The position numbers and the translations under genes were made by a program. 64,000 nt of DNA from an uncultured Enterococcus sp. (GTDB lineage: Bacteria > Bacillota > Bacilli > Lactobacillales > Enterococcaceae), in the NCBI RefSeq assembly GCF_913775425.1, contig NZ_CAJYIS010000039.1, positions 754 through 64,753 of the forward strand, given 5' to 3'. Of this stretch, positions 1 to 11,500 are shown one piece after another; position 1 is the stretch's first letter, and every line of letters begins with the position of its first letter. The notes below the pieces were generated by a model, which worked only from the letters and a program-made list of their open reading frames with translations, was not told the origin of the DNA and made no database searches.

Positions 1-1080
1 TGGTAAATTATCGATAGCGAATGTCAACGAGGTCGTTTGGGTGATCATAAGTGGCACTGGACTCAATGTTTCACTATCAAATAAAATAGATGTCGTTCGA
101 TTTAATGTACTTCGATTTTTTTTCGCGCTCGTATTTTGACTGGTATTCTCTTGATCTATGAGTACTTCCTGTGTCGCTTCATCCGCGGTCGTACTAGTCT
201 GATGGTAGATGTTCATATCAGTATTTACTTGCTTTGTGTAGAGATTGATCGTTCGATAAAATAACTTTGGATCCACCGTTGTTGTAATCGGCAATACGAT
301 TTTCCGATCAGCATAATTACTTCCGTTTAGTACACGATTGATTCCAATAACTTCTGTGCTTTGATCCATTTGTGTATCATCTAATTTTCCATTCAATGTA
401 GAGGCTGCTTGTTCTTGGTTCCAAGGAGAAATATAAGTATTCCATGTTTTGATCTCAGCGGTATTCGTTAATATTTTTTTATTGTTTTTATTATAGAAAT
501 CAGCCGTAAATGATAATATCTGATTCTCACTTGGTGGTAATTTTCCTTTGGTAACGATTCGATCGATACTTTTATCAGGTGTAAAACCTTCATTTGAAAG
601 GCTTGCTACATTTGATTCTAGAAGTGTTGTGATCGTTATGGAATTCTGATTTAGTCCCAATAACCATTTTATTAACGTAAGAATATCAACAGAATTATCT
701 GAAAAAGTATAGCGAATCGTATGGTTTGCTTCAGATGATATCGTCACATTCTTATCCGTCAACGGGATAGTCGTTGTTCCCATCACTAACTTAGAATTAC
801 TTGTTAGACTGGCAACAAATAATTTAGGAGAAATATTATTTGGTAACGTCCATTCAATAAAAAAATTGATTTTATTCGTTAGTAGAGTACTTGTTAAGAT
901 ATCATCTCTTTTAATATTGAACTTATGTTGGACTTGAAAAGTTTCTGGTTGTAAGGAGTTTACTGCACGTAAATCAGTATTCCCTGACTCATCAGCAAGA
1001 GTTCGTCCATGTATAGTAACGCTAAAAATCAGTGTGATTCCTAGTGCAACTAAACATATTTTTAAAATCTGCTTCACCAT
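1..1080 (-). CDS. Secreted/cell-surface protein of unknown function (3' end runs off the window)
   Basis: Manually translated, absent from the ORF track: GGAGAG RBS, ATG at 1080, open for 360 codons to base 1. Starts MVKQILKICLVALGITLIFSVTIHGRTLA (signal-peptide-like), Thr/Asn-rich. Confidence 0.8.
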   Translation of the reverse strand, partial: MVKQILKICLVALGITLIFSVTIHGRTLADESGNTDLRAVNSLQPETFQVQHKFNIKRDDILTSTLLTNKINFFIEWTLPNNISPKLFVASLTSNSKLVMGTTTIPLTDKNVTISSEANHTIRYTFSDNSVDILTLIKWLLGLNQNSITITTLLESNVASLSNEGFTPDKSIDRIVTKGKLPPSENQILSFTADFYNKNNKKILTNTAEIKTWNTYISPWNQEQAASTLNGKLDDTQMDQSTEVIGINRVLNGSNYADRKIVLPITTTVDPKLFYRTINLYTKQVNTDMNIYHQTSTTADEATQEVLIDQENTSQNTSAKKNRSTLNRTTSILFDSETLSPVPLMITQTTSLTFAIDNLP

Positions 1081-1252
1081 CAATCTCTCCTTTTACTTCA
1101 TCGATAGCATTATCATAAAGGCATTTTCTAAAAATTGGCATGTCTATTTTTTTAAGCAAATCTAAAAAAATTGAACTAAATCAAGTATCTCAATGTTTTT
1201 TAGTGTTATTTTTAGACAAAAAAAGAAGCACAGTGTTTACTGTACTTCTTTC

Positions 1253-2437
1253 TTAATTCGCTAATAATCCTAAATCTTGTTTCCACTGTAAGACGCGTTT
1301 GACTGAAGCGTCCAATTGGCTTTCTGGGTAATCGCCATTTTCAACTGCTGCGATCACGACTGGGATCTGAACCGCATAGCTTGACGACATTACTAGGTCA
1401 TTGCCTGCTTGTAATGCTTTTAAGCCTGCTTCATCTTGTGAGATAAAATCTGCTAGTCCAGCCATATCCATATCGTCTGTCATGATCACTCCGTTAAAAT
1501 GCAACTCATCGCGTAAAAGCTTATGAACTGCAGGTGAGATCGAAGCTGGTTCAGTAGGATCGATACTAGACACGATATTATGACTGACTAAAATACTGTC
1601 TGCTCCGGCCTGGATTCCCGCAATGAATGGAACAAAATCGACTTGACGCAATTCATCTAATGAACGCGTATCAGTCACGATCTCGACATGCGAATCACGA
1701 TTGTTTCCATAACCTGGGAAGTGTTTTAATGTCGAACCGACTTTTTCTTCTTTCAAAGCTTTAGTCACTGCCGTAACATAATCTGCTGTTAGTTTAGCAT
1801 CTTGACCAAGTGTACGATCGTAGATAAAGGCTTCTGGATCCGTTGCAACGTCTGCGACCGGAAATAGACCCGTCGTGATTCCATAGCTGCGCAATAAGTC
1901 GGCTTTGGTTTTTGTATCTGCTACGATAGCATCGATCCCGCCTTGTGCATAGAGCGTTTGCGGTGACGCAAAGGGTTCTGAAACCAACTGTTCATTCGTA
2001 CTTAAACGACTGACCCAGCCACCTTCTTCATCTGAACCGATCAACATCGGGATCTTACTTGCTTGCTGATAACTTAAGATCTTGTCTTTTAATTGACGTT
2101 CAGTCAAGCCTTGGACATCGCGGCCAAACAAAACATAGCCACCTAGATCATATTCTTTGATATCCTCGATTTGTTGGACGTCTGGTACTCGGGCAAAAAA
2201 GAGTTGCCCGACTTTTTCTTCGACTGTCATAGTCGCGATCCGTTCATCCAGTGTTTTGGGTTTGGCCGACTCGCTCGTTGTGGTGGTCGTTTCACTAGAA
2301 GTCGTCACTGTCGAGCTCTCTTTTGAAGTAGTTGGTTGTTCCTCTTCATGCATAAAGTACCACATCCCTCCGATCAAAAGGACGAACACGAGGACAAAAC
2401 CCATAAATATTAGTGCTTTAGCGCCAGTTCCTTTCAT
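1253..2437 (-). CDS. Membrane-anchored GH3 beta-N-acetylhexosaminidase (NagZ-like)
   Basis: N-terminal TM helix, Ser/Thr linker, DEEGG.V.R, KHFPGYGNNRDSH and MTDDMDM motifs. Confidence 0.85.
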   Translation of the reverse strand: MKGTGAKALIFMGFVLVFVLLIGGMWYFMHEEEQPTTSKESSTVTTSSETTTTTSESAKPKTLDERIATMTVEEKVGQLFFARVPDVQQIEDIKEYDLGGYVLFGRDVQGLTERQLKDKILSYQQASKIPMLIGSDEEGGWVSRLSTNEQLVSEPFASPQTLYAQGGIDAIVADTKTKADLLRSYGITTGLFPVADVATDPEAFIYDRTLGQDAKLTADYVTAVTKALKEEKVGSTLKHFPGYGNNRDSHVEIVTDTRSLDELRQVDFVPFIAGIQAGADSILVSHNIVSSIDPTEPASISPAVHKLLRDELHFNGVIMTDDMDMAGLADFISQDEAGLKALQAGNDLVMSSSYAVQIPVVIAAVENGDYPESQLDASVKRVLQWKQDLGLLAN

Positions 2438-2580
2438 GTTTCTCTCCTTTTATTCACTAGTTTCCCTACATTACGTTCGCACCTATTATACATGACAATA
2501 CCGCTTGATGCCACAACACAAATAACGAAATAGCTAGGCTATCTCGTTATTTGTGTATGATTTCGTCGAAAAATCAATTT

Positions 2581-3792
2581 TTATTCAAAAAAACGTCGCA
2601 TAATCTGTTCGTACGCATCGATAAATTGTAAATACGTATCGACATAGACAAATTCATCGACTTGGTGCGCACTTGCATTTCCTGGTCCACATACCACCAC
2701 ATGGATATCCGGATTGTATTCGACAAAACGTGACGCATCTGTTCCGCCAGCCACACCAATGATCGGAACACTTTCTCCTACTGCATCTTCGACGATCGTT
2801 TTTGCTAGTCCTACGATCTTCGCTTTTGGATCGCTTTTTACCGGAAATGAACTTTGCAAGATGTGTAAAGAAAGTTTCGCTGATGTTTCTTGGTTGCAAT
2901 TTTCGACTAACTCCGTGAGCTCTTTGATCAATGTCGTATTGTGGACTTCTGGGATCGTTCTGATCTTGGTCGTCATACTCGCAAAAGCCGGTACAGAATT
3001 GGCTTGTTCACCACCATTGATCAGCGTTACGACTGGTGTCATCTCACCTAAGATGGTATCTTTTGTTGTGATCGTCGCAAAGTATTCTTGTTGTTTTTGG
3101 TAATAGTACATCAACGAATCGATAGCATTTTGGCCAAGTTCTGGCATCGAACTATGGGCTGCTCGACCATTGGCATGCACTTCATAGGTCAAAGATCCCT
3201 TATGCGCAATGAAAATAAAGCGTTGTTCGACATTGCCTTCTTCTTTGACCAACCCTTTTGGTAATGGCATTTTTAAGACGACTTCACGGCTTTCCCCACT
3301 CGGTTCACAGACAACCAAAGAATCGATATCATCCGCATAACCTAACTCTGCTAGTTGCTGTGCACCAAGTAACCCTAACTCTTCTCCGATCGTAGCCATT
3401 AACCGAATTTTACCTGGGATCTTGATCCCGCTCGTTTTTAAATTGATCATCGCAAGTACTGCGGCCATCAGACCGGCTTTCATATCCGTCACGCCGCGGC
3501 CAAACATACGACCATGTTCGATCGTTGCTGAAAAAGGAGGATACGTCCAAGCAGATTCATCACCTGTAGCGACTACATCCATATGCCCATCAAAAGCCAA
3601 AACTGGACCATCTCCGTCACCAATCTCAGCAATTAAATTGACGCGTTCTGGTGCGTATTCGACACGAGTCGTTTCGATCCCATGCTCTGCAAATAACGTT
3701 TCTAGATAATCGGCAACTCGTTTTTCTTGTCCATTGACCGTTTCTAAGCGGACGATCTCTTGTAGTTTTTGAATCGCTTGTTCTTCTCTCAT
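2581..3792 (-). CDS. M20 family ArgE/DapE-like deacylase
   Basis: FDGHMDVV, GRGVTDMKAG, GEELG, EPS, AHKGS, GGTDAS, AHQVDE motifs. Start moved to ATG 3792 behind an AGAAAGGA RBS. Confidence 0.9.
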   Translation of the reverse strand: MREEQAIQKLQEIVRLETVNGQEKRVADYLETLFAEHGIETTRVEYAPERVNLIAEIGDGDGPVLAFDGHMDVVATGDESAWTYPPFSATIEHGRMFGRGVTDMKAGLMAAVLAMINLKTSGIKIPGKIRLMATIGEELGLLGAQQLAELGYADDIDSLVVCEPSGESREVVLKMPLPKGLVKEEGNVEQRFIFIAHKGSLTYEVHANGRAAHSSMPELGQNAIDSLMYYYQKQQEYFATITTKDTILGEMTPVVTLINGGEQANSVPAFASMTTKIRTIPEVHNTTLIKELTELVENCNQETSAKLSLHILQSSFPVKSDPKAKIVGLAKTIVEDAVGESVPIIGVAGGTDASRFVEYNPDIHVVVCGPGNASAHQVDEFVYVDTYLQFIDAYEQIMRRFFE

Positions 3793-3891
3793 CTTTTCAA
3801 CATCCTTTCTATGCGTAGCTCTCACGCTTATTATAACGCAATTTGTGCAGTTACGCTCAAAGATAACAATCGTCTTTCAAAATTGTTCGAA

Positions 3892-3923
3892 AAAAAAGAA
3901 CAGCACAATGGCTGCTCTTTTTT
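3892..3923 (-). terminator. Intrinsic terminator after yitT-family gene
   Basis: AAAAAAGAACAGC-ACAATG-GCTGCTCTTTTTT hairpin with tracts on both sides. Confidence 0.7.
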
Positions 3924-4791
3924 AATAATCGATTTGTTCCATAATCCGTTTAATACTAAATCCTTTACCATGGACTTCACTTGCATTCATCGACACGATA
4001 AAGGCCTCACTATCAATTGCCAAAAGATGCTCACGGATCATCGAATAATCTCGTTCTTTGATCGTCGTCATCAGCAAGGTTTTCGGTGTTTTATCAAATC
4101 CACCTTCGATCGGAATACGTGTCACCCCTTTATCTAGTTGTTCCAACAAGGCTTGTTGCAATAATGGTGCTTTTTCGCTGATGATCAGCATATTTTTGTA
4201 GCGTCCTAATCCCGTTTGGACTGCATCGACTACGCGACCGATCGAAAAGAGACAAATCAATGAATACAAAACGATCTCTGTATCAAATACGATCAGTGCT
4301 GTTAAGATCACGAGTCCATCGACGATTGACATCGCTGCACCAATCGGGATCTTCGCATATTTATGAACGATCTGTGAGATGATTGCTGTGCCACCTGTTG
4401 ATGCTTCAGCACGAAAGACAAATCCCAATCCAACACCCGTTACGACACCTCCGTAGATCGTTGCTAAAAATAGATTATCCGTCAATGGTGCGACACCCGA
4501 GGTCAACCAGACAAAAAACGGATAACTCATACTTCCGTAGATGGTCTTTAATCCTGTTTGTTTCCCTAAGAAAATAAAGCAGAGCACAAGTAGCGGGATA
4601 TTGATCATATACAAGACGATCGCGATATTCCAATTGAATAACGCATGTAGTACGACAGCTAATCCATTCGCTCCACCTGCTACTAACAGATTAGGTAGCA
4701 AGATACTATTGATCGATAGTGCTAAAATAAAGGCACCGATCGTCACCAAAAAGATCTCGCGAAAGCGCGTGTTTTCCATTAATTTTTTCAT
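3922..4791 (-). CDS. YitT family membrane protein (DUF161/DUF2179)
   Basis: GGA.G, STGGT.II and C-terminal RGVT...GGF / D..AFI...EV.G.GF patterns; multiple TM segments. Confidence 0.9.
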   Translation of the reverse strand: MKKLMENTRFREIFLVTIGAFILALSINSILLPNLLVAGGANGLAVVLHALFNWNIAIVLYMINIPLLVLCFIFLGKQTGLKTIYGSMSYPFFVWLTSGVAPLTDNLFLATIYGGVVTGVGLGFVFRAEASTGGTAIISQIVHKYAKIPIGAAMSIVDGLVILTALIVFDTEIVLYSLICLFSIGRVVDAVQTGLGRYKNMLIISEKAPLLQQALLEQLDKGVTRIPIEGGFDKTPKTLLMTTIKERDYSMIREHLLAIDSEAFIVSMNASEVHGKGFSIKRIMEQIDY

Positions 4792-5000
4792 GAAACTCCT
4801 CCTATGATTCCGTTTTAGGCAAAGAAAAAAAGAAATCGACTTCTTAAACAGAAGGATTCCTTTTATTTATAGTGCTTAAGTTGTGTTGCCTAATGATTTC
4901 TTTCATATCTTAACTGCTTTTCACTACTTTGTAAATATCTATCGAGTGACTCTTTTAGAATTCTCACCAAATAAGCTATACTAGTATTTGGAGGTGTACG

Positions 5001-5426
5001 ATGATTTTAAAAATGAACTCTGACCAACTAGAAGATGTTTTAACAATCTGGCTAGATACCACTCAAGATGCCCATGATTTTATCCCAAACAACTATTGGC
5101 AACAACAACTACCTGCAGTGCGTGAAGCGATGAAGACAGCTGAGATCTATGTCTACCAACACCATGGTGAAATCGTAGGTTTTATCGGTCTTGTTGACAC
5201 CTACCTTGCCGGTTTGTTTGTTTCAAAATCAGCTCAACGACACAGCATCGGACACGCTTTGATCAACAAAGCTAAAACGATCGCTCCCTCACTAACACTA
5301 GCGGTTTACGCTAAAAATCAGCAAGCTTTTCGTTTTTATAGTAAAGAAGGCTTTGCCGTCATCGGGAAAAGTCAAGATTCAGCGACCGGTGAATACGAAT
5401 ACCAAATGGAGTGGACTTGTGACTAG
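5001..5426 (+). CDS. GNAT family N-acetyltransferase (YjaB/YiaC-like)
   Basis: LFV....QRHSIGHALI and VYAKNQQAFRFY..EGF motifs; GGAGG RBS. Confidence 0.85.
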   Translation: MILKMNSDQLEDVLTIWLDTTQDAHDFIPNNYWQQQLPAVREAMKTAEIYVYQHHGEIVGFIGLVDTYLAGLFVSKSAQRHSIGHALINKAKTIAPSLTLAVYAKNQQAFRFYSKEGFAVIGKSQDSATGEYEYQMEWTCD

Positions 5427-5438
5427 TCCACTCCATTT
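5404..5438. terminator. Bidirectional terminator between convergent genes
   Basis: AAATGGAGTGGACT-N7-AGTCCACTCCATTT inverted repeat. Confidence 0.7.
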
Positions 5439-6120
5439 ATTCTGAAAGCTCAGCTAAAATCGTACATGGTCCACTATCGATTCCTTTAATGAGCAAAGGT
5501 AACGCGTAGACACGTTTTATATTCGTCAAGTCTTCGTCTAATTTCATATCTTCAATCAACAAAATCGCACGTCCATCTTCTCGTCCTAATCCTAAAACAG
5601 TTTGATGAAAGGCTACTCCATGTGGTTCCATCGTTTGCCCACCACCTGCTGAAGGAAGATCCATTCCGATCGCACGTAAGTTCTCAAATGTCATGAAATA
5701 CTCACCTGCATCTTTAGTAAATCCTGGATTATGTTGGCCATAACGATGTGCATCGCTACGATAACGATAAAACCCTGTCCGTACAATCAAAAGATCCGCT
5801 TCTTTGATGATTTCTTCAAATGGTTCTAGATCTTGTTTAGTGATCAATTCATCGTCCTGTTTTTCTAAATCGATCACTCGGACTTGTTCGTAAACGAATG
5901 TGTCAATTGGGTATTCCCATAGTTGTTTTCCTTCCGGATTGAAATGATTCGCTCCATCCATATGCGTGCCACTGTGATTGACCGACATATGGAACGATTG
6001 ATTGAATTTATCTCCTTTATCCGTTGAAGAATGCGGCCAAATCATGACCGGCGGATTGTCGGTAAATCGTGGCGTGTCGACACCAAGCGGATAAGATAAT
6101 GCGATACGTTTCATAAGCAT
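5437..6120 (-). CDS. Cyclase family (kynurenine formamidase-like) metal-dependent hydrolase
   Basis: HSGTHMDG.NHF motif, IGMDLPS, IEDM..., GIDSGPC. Confidence 0.85.
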   Translation of the reverse strand: MLMKRIALSYPLGVDTPRFTDNPPVMIWPHSSTDKGDKFNQSFHMSVNHSGTHMDGANHFNPEGKQLWEYPIDTFVYEQVRVIDLEKQDDELITKQDLEPFEEIIKEADLLIVRTGFYRYRSDAHRYGQHNPGFTKDAGEYFMTFENLRAIGMDLPSAGGGQTMEPHGVAFHQTVLGLGREDGRAILLIEDMKLDEDLTNIKRVYALPLLIKGIDSGPCTILAELSE

Positions 6121-6230
6121 TCCCCTTTCTTTTTTTCAAAATAACACGAGGATTTATCATCCGTCAAACCACACATTTGTTATTTAAACAATAAAAAAAC
6201 AAGCAGCAACCTGCTTGTTTGATAAGCCTT

Positions 6231-7406
6231 TTATAGTAGTTTAATGAAGATACTGGCAATTACGATCGACGTGATCGAAACAGTCGCAAAGCCTGCTACT
6301 AGCATTTTTGGCATGAGGTGTGCCGTTAAATATTCGGTTTCCTCTTCTGTTTCGGCTAGCTCTTTGATGACATCGTTTGTCAAAATGAAATCAGCGGGAA
6401 ATCCAAACAAAGCCGTCAACGCTGTAGCCAGTGCCATTTCTTTACTGTAACCAAAGAATTTATGTATCAAGCGGGTCATGATCCACATGCCAATGATCGC
6501 TAAAATCATCAAAGTGAAGATCTGTGGAATAAAATGAAGTAACGTGCTTGGTGTCGTCGTGCTTAATTGTGAAAAGATGTAAGCCGTTAAGCCATAGATC
6601 AACCAATTGAAGACACCAGCTTTTTGTAACACATTGGTTTCAAGCAATCCAAACTGGCTAAAGACGATCCCTAATAATAAACACAAAATATTGGCATTGA
6701 CTGCATGTTGCAAGACGATCGAAAGTGCATTCGCCAACACGATCACAAGACCAACACGTGCTAGTGCAAATGCAGGTGTCCGGTACTGTTTCGGTAGGGT
6801 ATCGATCCATTTCGTTTTTTCGACCGGTAGTGTTTCAATCTCGATTGTTTGTTGCTGTGCTTGTTTGGTTTTCAATTCGGCTTTTAATCGCTTGCCTTCT
6901 TTTTTGAGTAGCATCGCCGTGATTGGATACCCCAATAACCCATGAAACATTAGCATATAGATTGGCAATGCCGCTAGCGTATCTAAATTCATTGCTTTTA
7001 AATTATCCGACATCAATAATGCGGCAACTAGTCCTCCGACTAACGGTGGCACGGAAGCAATCACCGTACGAAAATCAAAAATCATCGTGCCGATCGTCAA
7101 ACATAACGCGATCGTACCACAGACGCCTAAGAGTGCGATCACGATCGCTTTCCATTGATCGACCAACTGCCGTAGATCCATTTTTGTACCTAAATGCACA
7201 AGTGTCAACGGCACACAGATTTTAGCAAATGTCATACCAAATCCAACTTGTTCGACCATATCTTTTGGAAAAAATGTCCAAAATCCCAAAACAAATAAAA
7301 CAGCTGTCATAAACAGTGACGGCACGACTGCTTTCGTTTTCGTCGATGCCCATTCTCCAATAAAGAGCATACTCATGATCAAAGTAAAACTAACAAATAA
7401 TCCCAT
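6231..7406 (-). CDS. Multi-pass membrane protein, probable secondary transporter
   Basis: 391 aa, about 10-12 hydrophobic segments in two halves around a polar central loop; probably co-transcribed with the cyclase. Confidence 0.7.
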   Translation of the reverse strand: MGLFVSFTLIMSMLFIGEWASTKTKAVVPSLFMTAVLFVLGFWTFFPKDMVEQVGFGMTFAKICVPLTLVHLGTKMDLRQLVDQWKAIVIALLGVCGTIALCLTIGTMIFDFRTVIASVPPLVGGLVAALLMSDNLKAMNLDTLAALPIYMLMFHGLLGYPITAMLLKKEGKRLKAELKTKQAQQQTIEIETLPVEKTKWIDTLPKQYRTPAFALARVGLVIVLANALSIVLQHAVNANILCLLLGIVFSQFGLLETNVLQKAGVFNWLIYGLTAYIFSQLSTTTPSTLLHFIPQIFTLMILAIIGMWIMTRLIHKFFGYSKEMALATALTALFGFPADFILTNDVIKELAETEEETEYLTAHLMPKMLVAGFATVSITSIVIASIFIKLL

Positions 7407-7492
7407 AAAATTCTCCTCTCCAAAATTCGAGCATACTGTAGTTTTACCTATCCGTCAATAGTTTGTGAATAATCACATTTGTTTTGTTTTCG

Positions 7493-7531
7493 AAAAAAAA
7501 GCTGCATCGCCTCATGTGCGATACAGCTTTT
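7493..7531 (-). terminator. Terminator of the beta-1,2-glucan operon
   Basis: AAAAGCTG-CATCGC...GCGAT-A-CAGCTTTT hairpin with a U-tract on the minus strand, just after the LacI stop. Confidence 0.7.
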
Positions 7532-7538
7532 GATACAA

Positions 7539-8495
7539 CTATGTCGTTCCTCGTTTGATAAAGGTCGTATAGATCCACTCCGAATCAGTAGTCTCTTCTT
7601 GGAGTAGTTTGACGATTTTATTGGCAGCTAACATTCCCCAACGATGTTGAGAATAGGCGATCGTCGAAAGTGCTGGTTGTAGATATTTACCGATTTCGAT
7701 ATTATCAAAACCAATCAGGCGCACATCGGTCCCGATCGTTAAGCCTAATGTTTGCACATAATTGTAGACCCCTACTGCCATTTCATCGTTAAATGAAAAG
7801 ATATCGACTGGTAATGTAGGATTAGTCTCAAAAATCGTTTTTGCGATCTCAAAACCCGACGCTTCAGTAAATTCCCCAGTAAAACATTCATAAGGGATTT
7901 GATACAGATCCAATTCAGCAGTACTTGCAGCCAGTCGTTTTTGACTATCGTATGCTTTTTCAGGTCCGGCAATCAAATAGACTTTTTGCGTATCTAGATG
8001 CGCAAACTGTTCGATCGCTAACGTGGCTCCACCTTTGTTATCTAATAAGATACTTCTGATTTCTGGGTGTTCGATCTCACGGTCTAATACAACTAATTTA
8101 TGTCCACGATCTGCGTAATTTAAAATCGTTTTTGTTCGAAACGACCAATCAAGGACGATCGCACCATCGATCATCCGCTCAGGTAAGAATAATTGGGATT
8201 TATTCCCACTACAAACAATCATTTCATATCCTTGTGTTTCGAGTCCTTTTTTGATTCCATCTAGTAATTCACCATAGAAACTACCACCATAATCGGTTAG
8301 ATACACACCAATGATATCTGTTTGTTGCCGTTTTAATGTGCGAGCAGCCATATTGGGAACATAGTTCATCTCAGCTGCAATTTTCATGATTTTCTCTCTT
8401 GTTTGTTCAGTGATTTTGGGATTTCCATTTAGCGCATAAGATACAGTAGAGATCGACACTCCAGCTGCTTGTGCGATATCTTTGATTCCTACCAT
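7539..8495 (-). CDS. LacI family transcriptional regulator
   Basis: IKDIAQAAGVSISTVSYALNG HTH, YVPNMAARTL hinge, IGFDN. Confidence 0.95.
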   Translation of the reverse strand: MVGIKDIAQAAGVSISTVSYALNGNPKITEQTREKIMKIAAEMNYVPNMAARTLKRQQTDIIGVYLTDYGGSFYGELLDGIKKGLETQGYEMIVCSGNKSQLFLPERMIDGAIVLDWSFRTKTILNYADRGHKLVVLDREIEHPEIRSILLDNKGGATLAIEQFAHLDTQKVYLIAGPEKAYDSQKRLAASTAELDLYQIPYECFTGEFTEASGFEIAKTIFETNPTLPVDIFSFNDEMAVGVYNYVQTLGLTIGTDVRLIGFDNIEIGKYLQPALSTIAYSQHRWGMLAANKIVKLLQEETTDSEWIYTTFIKRGTT

Positions 8496-8521
8496 GACTG
8501 CTCCTTTCTCTAAGCGTTTGC

Positions 8522-11500
8522 TTAACAGTAGATTTCGATGATACTTTGGTTTTTAATTGTCTCTTCGATTGTTTGAACAGGGATCGCGAATCCTCCTAAA
8601 CGATAGGGATTGGCCTCACGAGATGTCGTGATTACGTGTTGATCGATCACGACTTTTGATTCTTTAGAGCCTAAATGATAAACGAACGTCACATCTTTAT
8701 CTGCGATTCGATAATTTAGACGTAACCCATCTAATTCTTCTGGTAATACTGGATCAAAGACATAATGATCGAAGAAAACGCGAATACCTAAAACATTTGT
8801 GATCAATTGGTTCAAATAGATACCCGGTCCACTAGAATACACACGCCAGCCACCTTTGACTGCAACTTCACCCGTTTTGAGTTGATCAAAATGTTCTTGT
8901 GCATCATAACGTGTTGCAAATGCTCCATCTGAACTACTAAAATAAGCATTTGATTGTCTTAGTGCTGCATTTGGAACTCGTTTTTGCAAGTCGATCGGAT
9001 TGATCGTGTTCAATCCTTTCCACGTTTCATTTGCTTCTCCGATTTTTGCCATCGCTTCGGTAAAACGGATATGTGCATGAACGTATTGCAATCCGATTTC
9101 ACGACCAAAATTCGCCGCTTGTTCTGCACGTTTGAAATTGTGACTCACGCCACCTTGATAGTGAGCTGGACGGTTCATCAAGCGCACGCCATCAGGGAAA
9201 TAAAGATGCTCTTTGATCGTACTTAGATGTGTTTTGACTTGTTCTGGTGTCAAGATCTCCGCGATCATACTACGTGTCATTGGAAGTAGTCGATAGTGGA
9301 TGCCTGTTTTTTGATCCGTTGGATGGATCATATACTCGACTTCATCTTGATTTTCCATATAGACAAATCCTGGAATCGTCTCATCTTTTAACATATAGGT
9401 GTTAAAGTCAGCTAAAATCTGTTCACTAAGTGTCGTCAACTGGTGGCTAGCTTCAGGTCGATAGTCTTTTAATAAAGCACCTAGTTTTTTTGTTACTTGA
9501 TACGTCAATGCAACGGTCCAACTACTTGCCATGTATTTTTTCAAACGGCTATCATACGGTTGTAAGGTATCGTCCCAATCACCGTCACCATAGCAAGATA
9601 AAGAAGTCCCTGGTAAAAAATTCTCTTCGATATACTGAATCTCTTTTTGGAGATGTTCAAACAATGATGCACTGTGTTGCGTTTTTTTGAACGTCTCTCT
9701 ATCCGTGTATGAAATCTGCTTATCTAATATACTAAAATCTCCAGACTTTTCCAAGTAGTCTGCGACAACTTTCATCGGCCAAACAATGACATCGCCATGA
9801 CTTTCATCCGCTTTTTGTTCTTCATAGCGGTCAAACATGAACCATTGTGGCCAGTTACCATCGTCTTCAAATTGATTTTCAAAGATATGCGTAATGATTG
9901 ATGCCACGACTTTTAGACGATTGGTTGCTAGGAAAAATTCAGTCGGTCCTTGTGAGACATCTCGAGTTCCCCAAGCAGCTCCACCATATTGTTCTAGTCC
10001 ATGTGGTGACAAGTAATGGATCAGCATATCCAATACGTACCAACGTGTCAATAGATTCATACTCGTCACGTCGACCGTATCATGGAACAACTCAAAACGA
10101 TTGAGCAATTCATTGATTTTGGCCACGATTGCTTCTTCTTCTACTTTGAATTCAAGCTCTCTTGTTTTGGTTACTCCATCCAAACTACCCGTGATATCAA
10201 TCGTTAGTTCATTTGTCTCTTGTACGACAAAGACCAGCTGTTCTGTTTGGGCGATTCCTTCTACTAGAATCGTCTCATCTGTAAGTGTAAATGATTGATC
10301 TAAAGTGATCTGATACGTTAAATCTGGATATTTCGTTGTGATTACAGATGTTTCACTTGGTTTGATTGTCAATTGTTGCTCGACTTGTTCTAATCTATAG
10401 GTCGGCGATTCTTCAGCTGCATCCATTAAAATATGATTGGTAATGGCAAACGTGTAGCTTTTTCCTGCTTCACTTTCGATCACCGTTTTGATTTGGTGGT
10501 TCTCACAGGCCGTAAATGTCGTGATTTTTAAACAATCGTCTGCTAGTTGATAATACCAAGTAGCGGAGTTCAAGCCCATTTCAAATGCAGAAGGCAGTGT
10601 TAACATCCGCCACATATCTGCTTCTTTTAGATAGATTCGTTGACCCGCATGTTTCAAGCGATTTAATGAATTACGGCTATTGCTCATTAGCTTATTCATC
10701 GATGTATTGCCTAAGACGATTTGAGAATTAAATAAGCCGTACATATAAGTCGTCGTACTCATAACGGGATGATCGACATCTAGATCGATCCCACTCAATA
10801 GGATATGACCCGTTGCTCGTTCCATCGCTAGTTCTTTGTTTTTCAATACGACATGGCGCTCATTTTTTGTAAAAAAGGCTCCGATCTCACCATCTTCTAG
10901 ATACTCTTCTTTGACTTTTACTGGAAAACGATGATCGATCTCCTCTGTCGTCAAACGTCGACCCACGATCGGACGTCCAATATAAGAGACTGGGTGTGAA
11001 AAAGTAGTTGTAATCGGCGCATCTTCAAGATGAGCGTAGATTTCTTTGATTGCGTGTGGTTCATAAAGTGGTTTTGTGACTGCTTCAGGATGATCTGTTG
11101 CAAATGCACCATAAAACACACATGTTGTTGTCGTATCAGTCAATGTATATTCGATTGATTGCAAGGCAATATAGGCAAATTCATATTGATAGACTTTACT
11201 ATCTAGTACTTCTTTTTGTAAGCTGATCGGCTCATTGGTTTCTTCATACGCCTTACCAAAAAATTGATAGCCATCTGTTTCAAAACCGACGATTGGAGTG
11301 ATTCCCCCGATTTCAACGACTGGAAACTGATCATTTTGGGGTTGATTTTGTCTAGACGTAATACTGATCTGATCTTGATTTTTTGTTACAAAATGATCGA
11401 CATACTGAGACATGTACGCTTCATTTGAACGAACCGCACCTTTAGCTGCATTGCCGATATCTTGCCCTAAGATCACATCGATGACTTGGCCTTCACCAGT

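Noticed and set aside
3230-3300. About 20-aa insertion between EPS and AHKGS in the M20 deacylase
   Set aside because: I recall similar insertions in other lactic-acid-bacterial ArgE/DapE proteins; likely a subfamily trait.
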